Positions 28,448 through 37,020 are shown, counted from the stretch's first letter. The stretch: 64,000 nucleotides of DNA from Alphaproteobacteria bacterium (GCA_030147745.1 JASBUS010000042.1:10836-74835); one strand, 5' to 3'. Notes: a model not told the origin generated them from the letters alone. Numbers and translations: made by a program.

Positions 28448-30628
28448 ATGAAAGATATGACAGCGCGTGATAAGTTATTAGAAGATTTATTGGCTTTGAA
28501 CAAAGACCTCAAAGAAGAGGTGGTTGAGAAAGCTTATAACTACGCTAAAGAAAAACACGAGGGGCAAAAGCGTGCCTCGGGTGAACCTTATTATACCCAC
28601 CCTGTCGAAGTCGCGATGATCTTGGCGGAAATGGGCATGGATACGCCAACAATTGTCACCGCCATTTTGCATGACACCGTTGAAGATACCGATGCGACCG
28701 AAGAAGATTTAAAACGCGAATTTGGTGAAGAAGTTGCAAAGCTCGTCGCAGGCGTTACAAAATTAACGCGTATTGAAAGCCAAACCGTTGAAGGCAAACA
28801 GGCGGAAAACTTCCGCAAACTTGTTTTGGCGATGTCGGAAGATATCCGCGTTTTGTTGGTGAAACTCGCTGACCGCGTCCATAACATGCGCACATTGGGG
28901 CATTTTAAAGATCGCCCTGATAAACAAAAACGTATTTCGCGCGAAACGATTGAAATTTTCGCGCCATTGGCGGAACGTATTGGTATCCATAAAATTAAAG
29001 AAGAGCTTGAAGATCTCTCTTTCCTTTATATGAACCCTGATGCGCGTGAGACGATTTCTAAACGTTTATCTTATTTGCGCGAAGAAGGCGCAGATACAAC
29101 CAAAGATGTGATCACAGAGCTTGAAAAGCTGATGACGGAATCTGGCGTGAAATGTCAGATTTATGGCCGCGAAAAAACCCGTTATTCGATTTGGCGCAAA
29201 ATGCAGCGCAAGAATATCCAGTTTGAACAGCTTTCTGACATTATGGCCTTCCGTGTTATTGTTGATAATTTGGAAACATGTTATTTGGTGCTTGGGGTTG
29301 TCCATGCCAAATACCCAACGGTACCAGGCCGTTTTAAAGATTATATTTCAACGCCAAAGCCAAATGGTTACCGCTCCATCCACACCACAGTGATTGGCCC
29401 AGGTGGTCACCGCATTGAAATTCAAATTCGTACCCGTGAAATGAACGAAGAGGCCGATTTGGGTCTGGCTGCCCACTGGGCGTATAAGCGTGATGGTTCA
29501 TCAAACCGCGCCGCGGCAGAAGCCAAACATTACCGCTGGCTGCGTGAATTGGTTGAAATCATGGAAGGGGAAAGCGGCACCTTTGAAGAAAAAATGGAAA
29601 ACACGAAGCTTGAATTATTCCAAGACCATGTGTTTGCCTTCACCCCGCGTGGAGATTTGATTGAGCTGCCTGCGGGCGCCACGCCCATTGACTTTGCCTA
29701 TGCCGTACACTCAGGCGTTGGGAACAAATGTGTTGGCGCTAAAATCAATGGCCGTATCGCGCCATTAAACACCAAATTACAAAATGGTGATCAGGTTGAT
29801 ATCATCACCGCCAAAACCCAAAACCCATCCCCGACATGGGAACGTTTTGTGGTCACGGGTAAGGCGCGTTCACATATCCGCCGTTTCATTCGCCAGCAAC
29901 AGCGTGATGAATACATCACCCTTGGCCGCGCGATGCTCCAAAAGATTTTCAAGTCTGAAGGTTATGACTTTACGGAAAAAGCCGTTAACAGTGTCGCAGA
30001 AAAGTTCAAAGAAAATAACGCTGATGATGTCTTTGCGGGCATTGGTTCAGGCAATATTGTCGCGCGTGAAGTCTTTAAGGCGATTTTCCCAAGCCATAAT
30101 ACTGAACCTGTGCGCCCAAGCTTGGATGACATTAACGAATATATGTCGAAAAAGTCGAACAGCAAATCTAATACGCCGATGCCAATTGTTGGCCTTATTC
30201 CGGGCATGGCGATGCATTTTGCACGTTGTTGTCACCCATTGCCGGGTGATCGCATTGTCGGCATTGTGACGACGGGTAAGGGCGTGACCATCCATACAAT
30301 TGATTGTGATACGCTTGAAAACTTCGCGGATACGCCTGAACGTTGGCTCGATGTATCATGGGGCGATGGCCCAGATGCACCAGAGGCACGCATTGGCCGT
30401 CTATCGGTGACGATTATGAACGAACCAGGCGCTTTGGGGACGCTATCAACCGTGATTGGTAAAAGCGGTGGCAACATCACTAACCTTAAAATCACATCAC
30501 GTTCGATTGATTTCTGGGACATGTTGATTGACGTTTATGTCAGTGATACCAAACATTTAAACAACGTTATCGCGGCGCTGCGTGCCACACCACAAATTGT
30601 CAGTGTTGAGCGCGCCAGAGGTCGATAG
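28448..30628 (+). CDS. spoT: Bifunctional (p)ppGpp synthetase/hydrolase (RelA/SpoT homologue, Rsh)
   Basis: HD domain (HPVEVAMIL, HDTVEDT), synthetase motif (REKTRYSIWRKMQRK), and TGS and ACT regions. The ORF could start as early as TTG 28394; I placed it at MKDM by comparison with typical Rsh N-termini. Confidence 0.9.
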   Translation: MKDMTARDKLLEDLLALNKDLKEEVVEKAYNYAKEKHEGQKRASGEPYYTHPVEVAMILAEMGMDTPTIVTAILHDTVEDTDATEEDLKREFGEEVAKLVAGVTKLTRIESQTVEGKQAENFRKLVLAMSEDIRVLLVKLADRVHNMRTLGHFKDRPDKQKRISRETIEIFAPLAERIGIHKIKEELEDLSFLYMNPDARETISKRLSYLREEGADTTKDVITELEKLMTESGVKCQIYGREKTRYSIWRKMQRKNIQFEQLSDIMAFRVIVDNLETCYLVLGVVHAKYPTVPGRFKDYISTPKPNGYRSIHTTVIGPGGHRIEIQIRTREMNEEADLGLAAHWAYKRDGSSNRAAAEAKHYRWLRELVEIMEGESGTFEEKMENTKLELFQDHVFAFTPRGDLIELPAGATPIDFAYAVHSGVGNKCVGAKINGRIAPLNTKLQNGDQVDIITAKTQNPSPTWERFVVTGKARSHIRRFIRQQQRDEYITLGRAMLQKIFKSEGYDFTEKAVNSVAEKFKENNADDVFAGIGSGNIVAREVFKAIFPSHNTEPVRPSLDDINEYMSKKSNSKSNTPMPIVGLIPGMAMHFARCCHPLPGDRIVGIVTTGKGVTIHTIDCDTLENFADTPERWLDVSWGDGPDAPEARIGRLSVTIMNEPGALGTLSTVIGKSGGNITNLKITSRSIDFWDMLIDVYVSDTKHLNNVIAALRATPQIVSVERARGR

Positions 30629-30675
30629 CTGGGTGGTAAATGTAAAATGAGCATTAGATAGAAAAGGCATTTGTA

Positions 30676-31263
30676 ATGAACCAATCAAAAATCTTATTTG
30701 TTTTCATGCTCATTCTTTGTGCCTTTAGTGCCATCACCAATGCAAATGCACAAGGGGACTTACGTCAGCCGTTTTTTGATGCGTGTAAATTGCGTGGTGG
30801 TGATGAAACATTTTGTCGCTGTATGATCGGTGAACCTTACGATACGTTTTTATATAATCATCAATATGGTGGTCTGGATAAGCTTGTGGAGAAGCAAAAT
30901 GAAATCCGCGCGACTATTTTGCAAGAGCCCACAATGACAGAAAAACGTATTCAAGAAATTTGCGCCATTGCTGAAGTGCAGTATATGCCGCCTAATGAGG
31001 TGCCAAAAGATGGGCTACAGCGCATAGCGCAGCTGAGCAAAAGTTTAAAAGATGAATATCCATCAGGCGGCGCGCCACAAATGAGTATTCGTAACATGGT
31101 GCTTGCGAATGTTGGTTACTGTTCTTATGGACCTAAAATTGCCGCGGCAAAAAAGCGCGCAGATGAGCAGGGTAGCTTCGAAACGCAAAACCATGATAGC
31201 AATAGCATAAATCATCTGTATAAAGCATTCCTACGCGACCAGCGTAAGGCATGTGCACCGTAA
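30676..31263 (+). CDS. Hypothetical secreted Cys-containing protein
   Basis: Signal peptide ending in TNANA/QG, 195 aa. I recognise no family. Confidence 0.5.
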   Translation: MNQSKILFVFMLILCAFSAITNANAQGDLRQPFFDACKLRGGDETFCRCMIGEPYDTFLYNHQYGGLDKLVEKQNEIRATILQEPTMTEKRIQEICAIAEVQYMPPNEVPKDGLQRIAQLSKSLKDEYPSGGAPQMSIRNMVLANVGYCSYGPKIAAAKKRADEQGSFETQNHDSNSINHLYKAFLRDQRKACAP

Positions 31264-31271
31264 ATGTTTTC

Positions 31272-31309
31272 CCTGCGCAAATCACTTTGAAGCCGTATTT
31301 TTGCGCAGG
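31272..31309 (+). other. Intercistronic hairpin with a perfect 10-bp stem
   Basis: CCTGCGCAAA-18 nt-TTTGCGCAGG between the two secreted-protein genes. No U-run follows. Confidence 0.4.
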
Positions 31310-31343
31310 CGATTACCAAGTTTAAACAAGGAGGGGGAATTCA

Positions 31344-31916
31344 ATGTTTAAAAAAACAGCTTTATGGATGAGTATCTTGGCATTGCAGGCTGCGGGGCTA
31401 AATGTAGCGCATGCGCAAGGCCTAACGATTGATGAAGCCTATGAGGCGATCCCAAAAGAGCGCGTGATTTATGATCCTTACAGCTCGACGCTTGATGCCA
31501 TGAAGGCAGAATATCTCAACGACTTTTTTACGGCGATTGACGATGCCGTCGTATTACGCGTCGAATTGTTACAGCTTATGTATTATGGCTACGACTATGA
31601 TATGGAGTATTATCGCGCCGCTTATGAACAAGCGATTAATAAGTTGATGAACTTACAAACGCCGCATGACCATTATCAAACGCAAAGTTTGGTTATCGAA
31701 GCGCTGCGTGAACAATGGCAATTCTTTGAAGAATGGCACGGGGCAGAAGGCTATATGAAGGATGCGTATAAAAACTATGCATCCCATCCTTACGTCAAAA
31801 GCTCAAGCCGCAAGCTGATTTCCGCTTATAATATATTTATGAAGCTCTATCCGGGTGAGGCCAATGTCAATAAAAAGGCCTTCTACACCCATCTTTGCGC
31901 TTTAGATTTTATCTAA
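31344..31916 (+). CDS. Hypothetical secreted protein
   Basis: AGGAGGGGG RBS, signal peptide ending in VAHA/QG, 190 aa, helical and Tyr-rich. I recognise no family. Confidence 0.5.
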   Translation: MFKKTALWMSILALQAAGLNVAHAQGLTIDEAYEAIPKERVIYDPYSSTLDAMKAEYLNDFFTAIDDAVVLRVELLQLMYYGYDYDMEYYRAAYEQAINKLMNLQTPHDHYQTQSLVIEALREQWQFFEEWHGAEGYMKDAYKNYASHPYVKSSSRKLISAYNIFMKLYPGEANVNKKAFYTHLCALDFI

Positions 31917-31922
31917 TTGAAT

Positions 31923-32960
31923 CTACTTCTCGGCATATAACACTTTATAGCCATGCGCTTGCGCCATAATGTGATGTTTATGGAACAGTTCGTCTAATGT
32001 GCGCTCATACGGTAAATGCGTATTCGCGACCATAAACAGCCGGCCATAGCGTTTCAGGCTCATATGCGCCGTGGCAATAAATTGACGCCCAAGGCTGCTT
32101 TCGGTCGATTTGCCACTATGAAAAGGTGGGTTCATCACCACGAAGTCGAGATTTTTGGGCAGGCGATCTGGCGCGCTTAAATCATCCCAGACGGGGTGCA
32201 ATACCGAGTCATGACCCACAACATTTTGACGCAGTAAATCAACCGCGCGTTTTTCCGCATCAATCGCGTATAAGGCGCGTATTTTCGGGTTTGCGTTTAA
32301 TATGGCGCGGGTGAGGAAGCCATAGCCACAACCGAAATCTGCGCCAAGGCCGTGGAGGTCATTATCCATGACCTGCGCCAATAAGGCGGAACCAATATCA
32401 ACCTTATCCCAGCCATATAAACCAATTTGTGATATGAATGCCCCATCCAGAATAGGCTGTAGCGCGGCCTGCGCCAAGGCGGCGTGTATTGTGTCATGCT
32501 TAAGTGCATCTGCGGTGCATTGCACCGTGATGATTTTGCACTTGTTTTTGGCATGTGTATCCAAAACGTCACCACCAAAAGATTCAATGGTATTTTTAAG
32601 ACGGTTGCCGCCTGCATCATTCGCAGCGCCAACAATCATTTCGCCGCCCTCATTCAACGATGAAAGCGCGGCGGCAATCATATAGGCCGTTTCGTCTTTC
32701 TGCTTGGATGGCAAAACGATGATGCAATCGGCTTTTTGACTTAAGGGTAATGTTTCGCTCAAGGCTTTTGTGAAATTCTGGCTGAGGCTTTTGGCCCATG
32801 GGTAGAAAGGACACCAGATTTGCGGCGCGCCCTCCCCAATCAAAGGCGCGAGGGCTGAGGCGTCCTGCATCGCCAAGATTGCCGTTTTATCCATCGGTGC
32901 GTTCAGGGTCAATGCACCTGAATCGATTAGCTTCACCAAAGCAATTGCAGCTTCACTCAT
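31923..32960 (-). CDS. Class I SAM-dependent rRNA guanine-N2 methyltransferase, RsmC/RlmG-like
   Basis: 345 aa in two domains. The C-terminal MTase has GADFGCGYG (motif I) and VMNPPFH (the NPPF/Y N2-G motif). Confidence 0.7.
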   Translation of the reverse strand: MSEAAIALVKLIDSGALTLNAPMDKTAILAMQDASALAPLIGEGAPQIWCPFYPWAKSLSQNFTKALSETLPLSQKADCIIVLPSKQKDETAYMIAAALSSLNEGGEMIVGAANDAGGNRLKNTIESFGGDVLDTHAKNKCKIITVQCTADALKHDTIHAALAQAALQPILDGAFISQIGLYGWDKVDIGSALLAQVMDNDLHGLGADFGCGYGFLTRAILNANPKIRALYAIDAEKRAVDLLRQNVVGHDSVLHPVWDDLSAPDRLPKNLDFVVMNPPFHSGKSTESSLGRQFIATAHMSLKRYGRLFMVANTHLPYERTLDELFHKHHIMAQAHGYKVLYAEK

Positions 32961-32965
32961 CAGGT

Positions 32966-34183
32966 TTACGCCACTTCATTCATTTGGTTAACTTTGAAAT
33001 TTTTGGAACGTAGCTTGTCGACAATGTCATTCACATGGTCAGAGTCGCGCGCTTCAATCACAATATCAAGCTCTGCCTTTTTAAGTGGGACGGCTTGCAT
33101 CAAACGTTGGTGGATGACCTCGATCACGTTTGCGCCCGCTTCACCAATCAGGCGAGAGATATCTGCCAATTGACCCGGTGTATCATCAATTTCAAAGCGT
33201 AGTCGCGTGATGCGTCCTTCACGCAGCATACCACGCAAGATAAGCGTTGAAAGTAAGCGCGAATCAATATTGCCGCCACAAAGGACAAGGCCGACATTTT
33301 GTCCTTTGAACTCAGCTTTATTTTTTAATATCGCGGCAAGGCCTGCACCAGCCGCCCCTTCAGCCACTAATTTTTCAGAGCTTAAGAGGTTGAAAATCGC
33401 GTCTTCAATTTGTTCCTCGCTTGCGGTTTCAATGCGGGTCACAAATTGACGAATAATTTTCATGGTACGTTCAGCGGGGCGTTTAACGGCAATGCCTTCC
33501 GCCAATGTTGGGCCGCCAATCACATGTGTGTCATTCGCGTCATAGTGACGCTTTACTGCGTCATAAAGCTCGGCCTGCGCACCAATGACTTCAATGTCTG
33601 GATTCATATGCTTCACGGCGGTCGCAACGCCTGAAATTAGTCCGCCGCCGCCAATTGGCACAATGACCCTATCAAGGTCAGGACGGTCTTCGAGCATTTC
33701 AACGCCTAATGTGCCCTGACCCGCAATCACATAGGGGTCATCAAATGGATGGACAAACGTAAAGCCTTCTTCTTCAGCAAGGCGGTGGGTGAAGCCTTGT
33801 GTTTCATCGTAATTGTCACCCGCCAGAATAACCTTCGCGCCAAATTCTTCTGTGCGCTGAATTTTATTAAAGGCCGTGCCCTTTGGCATGACGATGGTTG
33901 ATGGAATGCCAAGGCGGGTCGCATGAAAGGCGACGCCCTGTGCGTGGTTGCCCGCTGAACTTGCCACAACGCCGCGTTTTTTCTGTTCTTCATTTAAATT
34001 CAGCAGACAATTTAATGCGCCGCGCGCTTTAAAGGAGGCAGTGTGCTGTAAATTTTCAAGTTTCAGGAAAATATTTACGCCTGTGCGCAAAGATAAGCGA
34101 GTCGCACGCACGGTTGGTGTGCGAATAACATGCCCTTTAATGGCTTCTTGGGCTTTTTGTATATCAGAAAATGTAATCTCCAC
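32966..34183 (-). CDS. ilvA: Threonine ammonia-lyase (threonine dehydratase) with one C-terminal ACT-like domain
   Basis: PLP-lysine motif HTASFKARGA, glycine loop PIGGGGLISG, 405 aa. Confidence 0.85.
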   Translation of the reverse strand: MEITFSDIQKAQEAIKGHVIRTPTVRATRLSLRTGVNIFLKLENLQHTASFKARGALNCLLNLNEEQKKRGVVASSAGNHAQGVAFHATRLGIPSTIVMPKGTAFNKIQRTEEFGAKVILAGDNYDETQGFTHRLAEEEGFTFVHPFDDPYVIAGQGTLGVEMLEDRPDLDRVIVPIGGGGLISGVATAVKHMNPDIEVIGAQAELYDAVKRHYDANDTHVIGGPTLAEGIAVKRPAERTMKIIRQFVTRIETASEEQIEDAIFNLLSSEKLVAEGAAGAGLAAILKNKAEFKGQNVGLVLCGGNIDSRLLSTLILRGMLREGRITRLRFEIDDTPGQLADISRLIGEAGANVIEVIHQRLMQAVPLKKAELDIVIEARDSDHVNDIVDKLRSKNFKVNQMNEVA

Positions 34184-34474
34184 GCGGCTCTATTCCTTTA
34201 TTTCAAGCGTAATTCTTAAGTTTTTCTTAAAATCTGTGTAAATCTATCAATACTCCCCCTAGAATCGCAAGAAAATTTATGATAGCATTACTTTAAGTTA
34301 TTCTCTTCCTAAGGAGATTCGCCTATTTTGACAGTTCAGTCGATATTACATCATAAACGGATTGATTGGCACAGTGACCCAACACTGGCTGTGCTGGAAA
34401 CCCCGCCGCCACTGATTGTTCCAACCGGACAACTGACCATATCACTGACCACCGCGCTTTTCACAGGCTTTACC

Positions 34475-34511
34475 AACTGGCTTTTCAGGAATTTTCCGAG
34501 CCAGTTTTTTT
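34475..34511 (+). terminator. Terminator/attenuator-like hairpin inside the phoH upstream region
   Basis: AACTGGCT..(GGA-attt-TCC)..AGCCAGTT followed by a run of 7 T, about 120 nt upstream of the phoH ATG. Confidence 0.4.
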
Positions 34512-34631
34512 GTATCTTTTTTCTGCAGATTTTTTCTTTCTCTCGTGGCGTTTTGGCAGAAGGCCAATTTCCTTGCGTCACCACTCTCCCATCTTTTTCC
34601 TTCCCGCAAACCCAAACCATAGGAGCAACCC

Positions 34632-35387
34632 ATGGCTAAGAAGACACGTAAAAGAGTAAAAGCATCCCCACAAAAGCAGCATGAGAATAATGTTGTGCGT
34701 GCCTTTGGGACGGCTGATTGGCATCCTCTCGATGACGCCATTGATAATATGCGTGATAAAAGTTTCGTGCGCCGTATTAAGCCACGCTCCGAAGGGCAGC
34801 AGAAGTTAATGGAGGCGATTAAAGAGCATAATGTTACATTAGCGATTGGCCCAGCGGGTACAGGTAAAACTTATTTGGCGATTGCCGCCGCTGTCGACGC
34901 GCTAGAGGCCGGTGAAGTTGAACGTATCATCTTGTCACGCCCAGCAATGGAAGCGGGCGAGAGCCTTGGTTATTTGCCAGGGGATATGCATGAGAAAATG
35001 GCGCCTTACCTTCGCCCATTATTTGATGCGCTCGGTGATCGTTTGGGCGGTAAACGCGTTCGTCAGTTGATGGATGATGGCACAATCGAAATTGCGCCCG
35101 TTGGTTTCATGCGCGGCCGTACATTAAACAATGCCTTCATCGTTATCGACGAAGCGCAAAACTGTACCTATGTGCAGCTCAAGATGCTGCTTTCACGTTT
35201 GGGTTGGAATGCAACGATGGTTGTGACCGGTGACCCACGTCAAAGCGATTTGTTGGACGGTATGTCAGGCTTGACCGATATAGAAGAAAAATTAGGCACG
35301 CTTGAAAATATCGGCCATGTCCGCCTCGAAGCGGTTGACATTGTGCGCCATCCATTGGTCGCAGAAATGCTCAGCGTTTTGGAATAA
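34632..35387 (+). CDS. phoH: PhoH-family ATPase (short form)
   Basis: Walker A GPAGTGKTYLA, Walker B IVIDEAQN, and GDPRQSDL. 251 aa with an AGGAG RBS. Confidence 0.85.
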   Translation: MAKKTRKRVKASPQKQHENNVVRAFGTADWHPLDDAIDNMRDKSFVRRIKPRSEGQQKLMEAIKEHNVTLAIGPAGTGKTYLAIAAAVDALEAGEVERIILSRPAMEAGESLGYLPGDMHEKMAPYLRPLFDALGDRLGGKRVRQLMDDGTIEIAPVGFMRGRTLNNAFIVIDEAQNCTYVQLKMLLSRLGWNATMVVTGDPRQSDLLDGMSGLTDIEEKLGTLENIGHVRLEAVDIVRHPLVAEMLSVLE

Positions 35388-35428
35388 GCAACGTTTTTTA
35401 AGGTTCTACAACTCCCTGTAAACTTGAT

Positions 35429-35458
35429 AGCCGGCCTTAGTGCCGGCTCTTTTTTTTT
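35429..35458 (+). terminator. Intrinsic terminator after phoH
   Basis: AGCCGGC-cttagt-GCCGGCT followed by 9 T. Confidence 0.8.
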
Positions 35459-35474
35459 GCCGAAGAATGTAGAA

Positions 35475-35508
35475 ATAAAAAAGGCGCTATTTTTAGCGCC
35501 TTTTTTTA
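35475..35508. terminator. Bidirectional intrinsic terminator (serves the ecn-like gene on the minus strand)
   Basis: AGGCGCTA-tttt-TAGCGCCT flanked by an A-run and a T-run. Confidence 0.75.
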
Positions 35509-35509
35509 A

Positions 35510-35641
35510 TTATTTTGTCGCGTCCTGAATTTTCGCGCCAGCTTTTTCAATATCTTGTCCCACGCCGTGGAAAGTGTTGCTGCATGCGCTGACAGATAAT
35601 GTCAAAATTGCCGCCGTTGCCAATAGGCCAAATGTTTTCAT
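35510..35641 (-). CDS. Entericidin EcnA/B-family small lipoprotein (43 aa; absent from the supplied ORF track)
   Basis: The minus strand encodes MKTFGLLATAAILTLSVSACSNTFHGVGQDIEKAGAKIQDATK. It has lipobox LSVSAC, the Ecn-like GxGxDIxxAGxxI tail, a GGAG RBS, and a candidate promoter TTGTCA-N18-TAAAAT upstream. Confidence 0.75.
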   Translation of the reverse strand: MKTFGLLATAAILTLSVSACSNTFHGVGQDIEKAGAKIQDATK

Positions 35642-35751
35642 CTTAAACTCCATTTAATTCATACCAGATTAGATTTCGTATCGAATTCCATCAATCTGCC
35701 AAATTTTAACGTGTGATCATGTCATTTGACAATTTGTTTTTTAGCGCGCGC

Positions 35752-36132
35752 TTAAAAACTTGGTTTATGCGTGCTGCTTTGATCTGCTTGCACATTACGT
35801 TCAACCGCTTGGATGGTTTTGCGTCTATCCCAAGCTTTCTTCGCAGCAGCAATAGCAAAAAGACTAACGAGCCCTACGCTGGCTATCGGTGCATCCGCAA
35901 TGGTGCTGTTTTCGTTTTGTACCCAATTTATAGCGTCGTTCGCTTTTATAAGAGCAATACCCCCAGCAAGAATGGCAAATGTTTGTGCATTATTGCTTTG
36001 GATTTTTGCTTTATAGTGATCCATAATCAATGCATTTTGGTCTGCATCATATGTGCAGCGGATTTGATCCATTGTGCAGGCGCTGTTCTGGTTAAAGTAA
36101 TTAATCGCGTGATTGTATTCTTCTTTACTCAT
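35752..36132 (-). CDS. Uncharacterised two-TM small protein, paralogue 1 of 3
   Basis: 126 aa, GGGAGA RBS. It shares MSxxxYxxA(V/I)xYFN..T.D.I.YTYD...N.LI, two hydrophobic spans and the C-terminal motif K/QAVERxV with the two upstream genes. Confidence 0.7.
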   Translation of the reverse strand: MSKEEYNHAINYFNQNSACTMDQIRCTYDADQNALIMDHYKAKIQSNNAQTFAILAGGIALIKANDAINWVQNENSTIADAPIASVGLVSLFAIAAAKKAWDRRKTIQAVERNVQADQSSTHKPSF

Positions 36133-36155
36133 TTTATTCTCCCTTTTTTATCTAT

Positions 36156-36533
36156 TTACATCACAATGTTATTTTTTGATGCTTTATCGGCAGAGACATT
36201 GCGTTCAACCGCTTTGATCGCGCGTCTTTTATTGGCGATGTGATATGCAACGCCAATGCCGAATATCGCCATGAAACCAAGGCTCCAATCTGGACCATGT
36301 TGGCTCCAATTGTCTTTTTCAAGCGCTTCATAGGTGCTGCTTACGGCAAATACGCCCGCGATTGCTAGGCCAGTAGCACTTTCCAGTGTTTCTTTTTGGT
36401 GATGTTCAGCATCTTTGTGTAGCTTGATCAGCATATTCTTATCCGCATCATAGGTGTAACGGATTTGATCCATGGTGTATTGGCTTGCTTGGTTAAAATA
36501 ATTAACGGCACCATCGTATTTTGCTTCGCTCAT
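36156..36533 (-). CDS. Uncharacterised two-TM small protein, paralogue 2 of 3
   Basis: I chose the internal ATG (MSEAKYDGAVNYFNQ...) because it aligns with the paralogue N-termini, has an AAGGA RBS, and removes the overlap with the upstream gene. Confidence 0.7.
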   Translation of the reverse strand: MSEAKYDGAVNYFNQASQYTMDQIRYTYDADKNMLIKLHKDAEHHQKETLESATGLAIAGVFAVSSTYEALEKDNWSQHGPDWSLGFMAIFGIGVAYHIANKRRAIKAVERNVSADKASKNNIVM

Positions 36534-36543
36534 GATTTGATCC

Positions 36544-36930
36544 TTACATGACGGGTGTTGTTTGTTTGCGTGGTGTGTTTGCAACTTCGCGCTCCACGGC
36601 TTTGCAGATCTTTTTAGTCGCGCGAACTGCGCCATAAGTTAGAAACCCAAAAACTAAAGAGAGCCCAACTGAAATATCTGGCATAGCTTCTTTTGCTGCG
36701 GCCTCATCTGGCGCGGTATATACGTTATGGAAGCTGTTGAGCATGATTGTGCCTGAAATAGCGGCGCCGATAAAACATATTGCGCCACCAGCAAGGTCGC
36801 CTTGGGTCTCGTTATAATGTTTTATCAAAATATTTTTCTGATTATCATAGGTATAGCTGATGTCATCGGCAGTACAGTTTGTTTGGCCGTTAAAAAAAGT
36901 GACTGCATCATCGTAACTAGTTTCTGACAT
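36544..36930 (-). CDS. Uncharacterised two-TM small protein, paralogue 3 of 3
   Basis: 128 aa, GGGAG RBS, MSETSYDDAVTFFNGQTNCTADDISYTYDNQKNILI ... KAVEREV. Confidence 0.7.
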   Translation of the reverse strand: MSETSYDDAVTFFNGQTNCTADDISYTYDNQKNILIKHYNETQGDLAGGAICFIGAAISGTIMLNSFHNVYTAPDEAAAKEAMPDISVGLSLVFGFLTYGAVRATKKICKAVEREVANTPRKQTTPVM

Positions 36931-36964
36931 TTTTGGCTCCCTTTATGTTATTATTGAACCGCCA

Positions 36965-36993
36965 CATTTAGACATAATCAGTGCAAGAGTCAA
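36965..36993 (-). promoter_or_regulatory. Sigma-70-like promoter for the three-paralogue cluster
   Basis: The minus strand reads TTGACT-17 nt-TAAATG, about 35 nt upstream of the paralogue 3 start and immediately after the nrdB terminator. Confidence 0.5.
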
Positions 36994-37020
36994 TAAAAAA
37001 AACCGCCAAAAATTGACGGC
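36994..37020 (-). terminator. Intrinsic terminator after nrdB
   Basis: The minus strand reads GCCGTCAA-ttt-TTGGCGG (one mismatch) followed by 9 T. Confidence 0.65.

Noticed and set aside
29784-30269. 161-aa alternative-frame ORF within spoT
   Set aside because: It lies in a different frame of the same strand as a well-supported Rsh gene and has no independent signals.
34408-34438. The minus strand reads GGTCAGTTGTCCGGTTGGAACAATCAGTGGC, reminiscent of the SRP RNA domain IV motif GGUCAGGUCCGGAAGGAAGCAGCC
   Set aside because: The near-invariant GGAA tetraloop and the AGCA/symmetric-loop residues are not preserved, and there is no matching closing helix. It is probably a chance resemblance.
34328-34639. 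103-aa ORF (TTG start, AAGGAG 11 nt upstream) filling the phoH upstream region
   Set aside because: Its sequence is dominated by translated T-runs and CT-rich low-complexity DNA (FFCIFFLQIFSFS). It contains the terminator-like hairpin and overlaps the phoH start. It looks like a non-coding leader, although translation cannot be excluded.
35743-35752. AGCGCGCGCT palindrome at the stop codon of paralogue 1, as a terminator
   Set aside because: On the transcribed (minus) strand it is followed by an A-run rather than a U-run, and the stem leaves no loop. It is not a convincing terminator, so read-through into the ecn-like gene remains possible.
35713-36243. 176-aa plus-strand ORF overlapping the small-protein cluster
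   Set aside because: It is antisense to two of the three paralogues, which have RBSs and mutual homology. It has no RBS and a composition typical of a shadow ORF.
36534-36635. 34-aa N-terminal extension of the 36156..36635 ORF, overlapping the upstream paralogue
   Set aside because: Paralogue alignment and an AAGGA RBS support the internal ATG at 36533. The extension would overlap the preceding gene by 92 nt.
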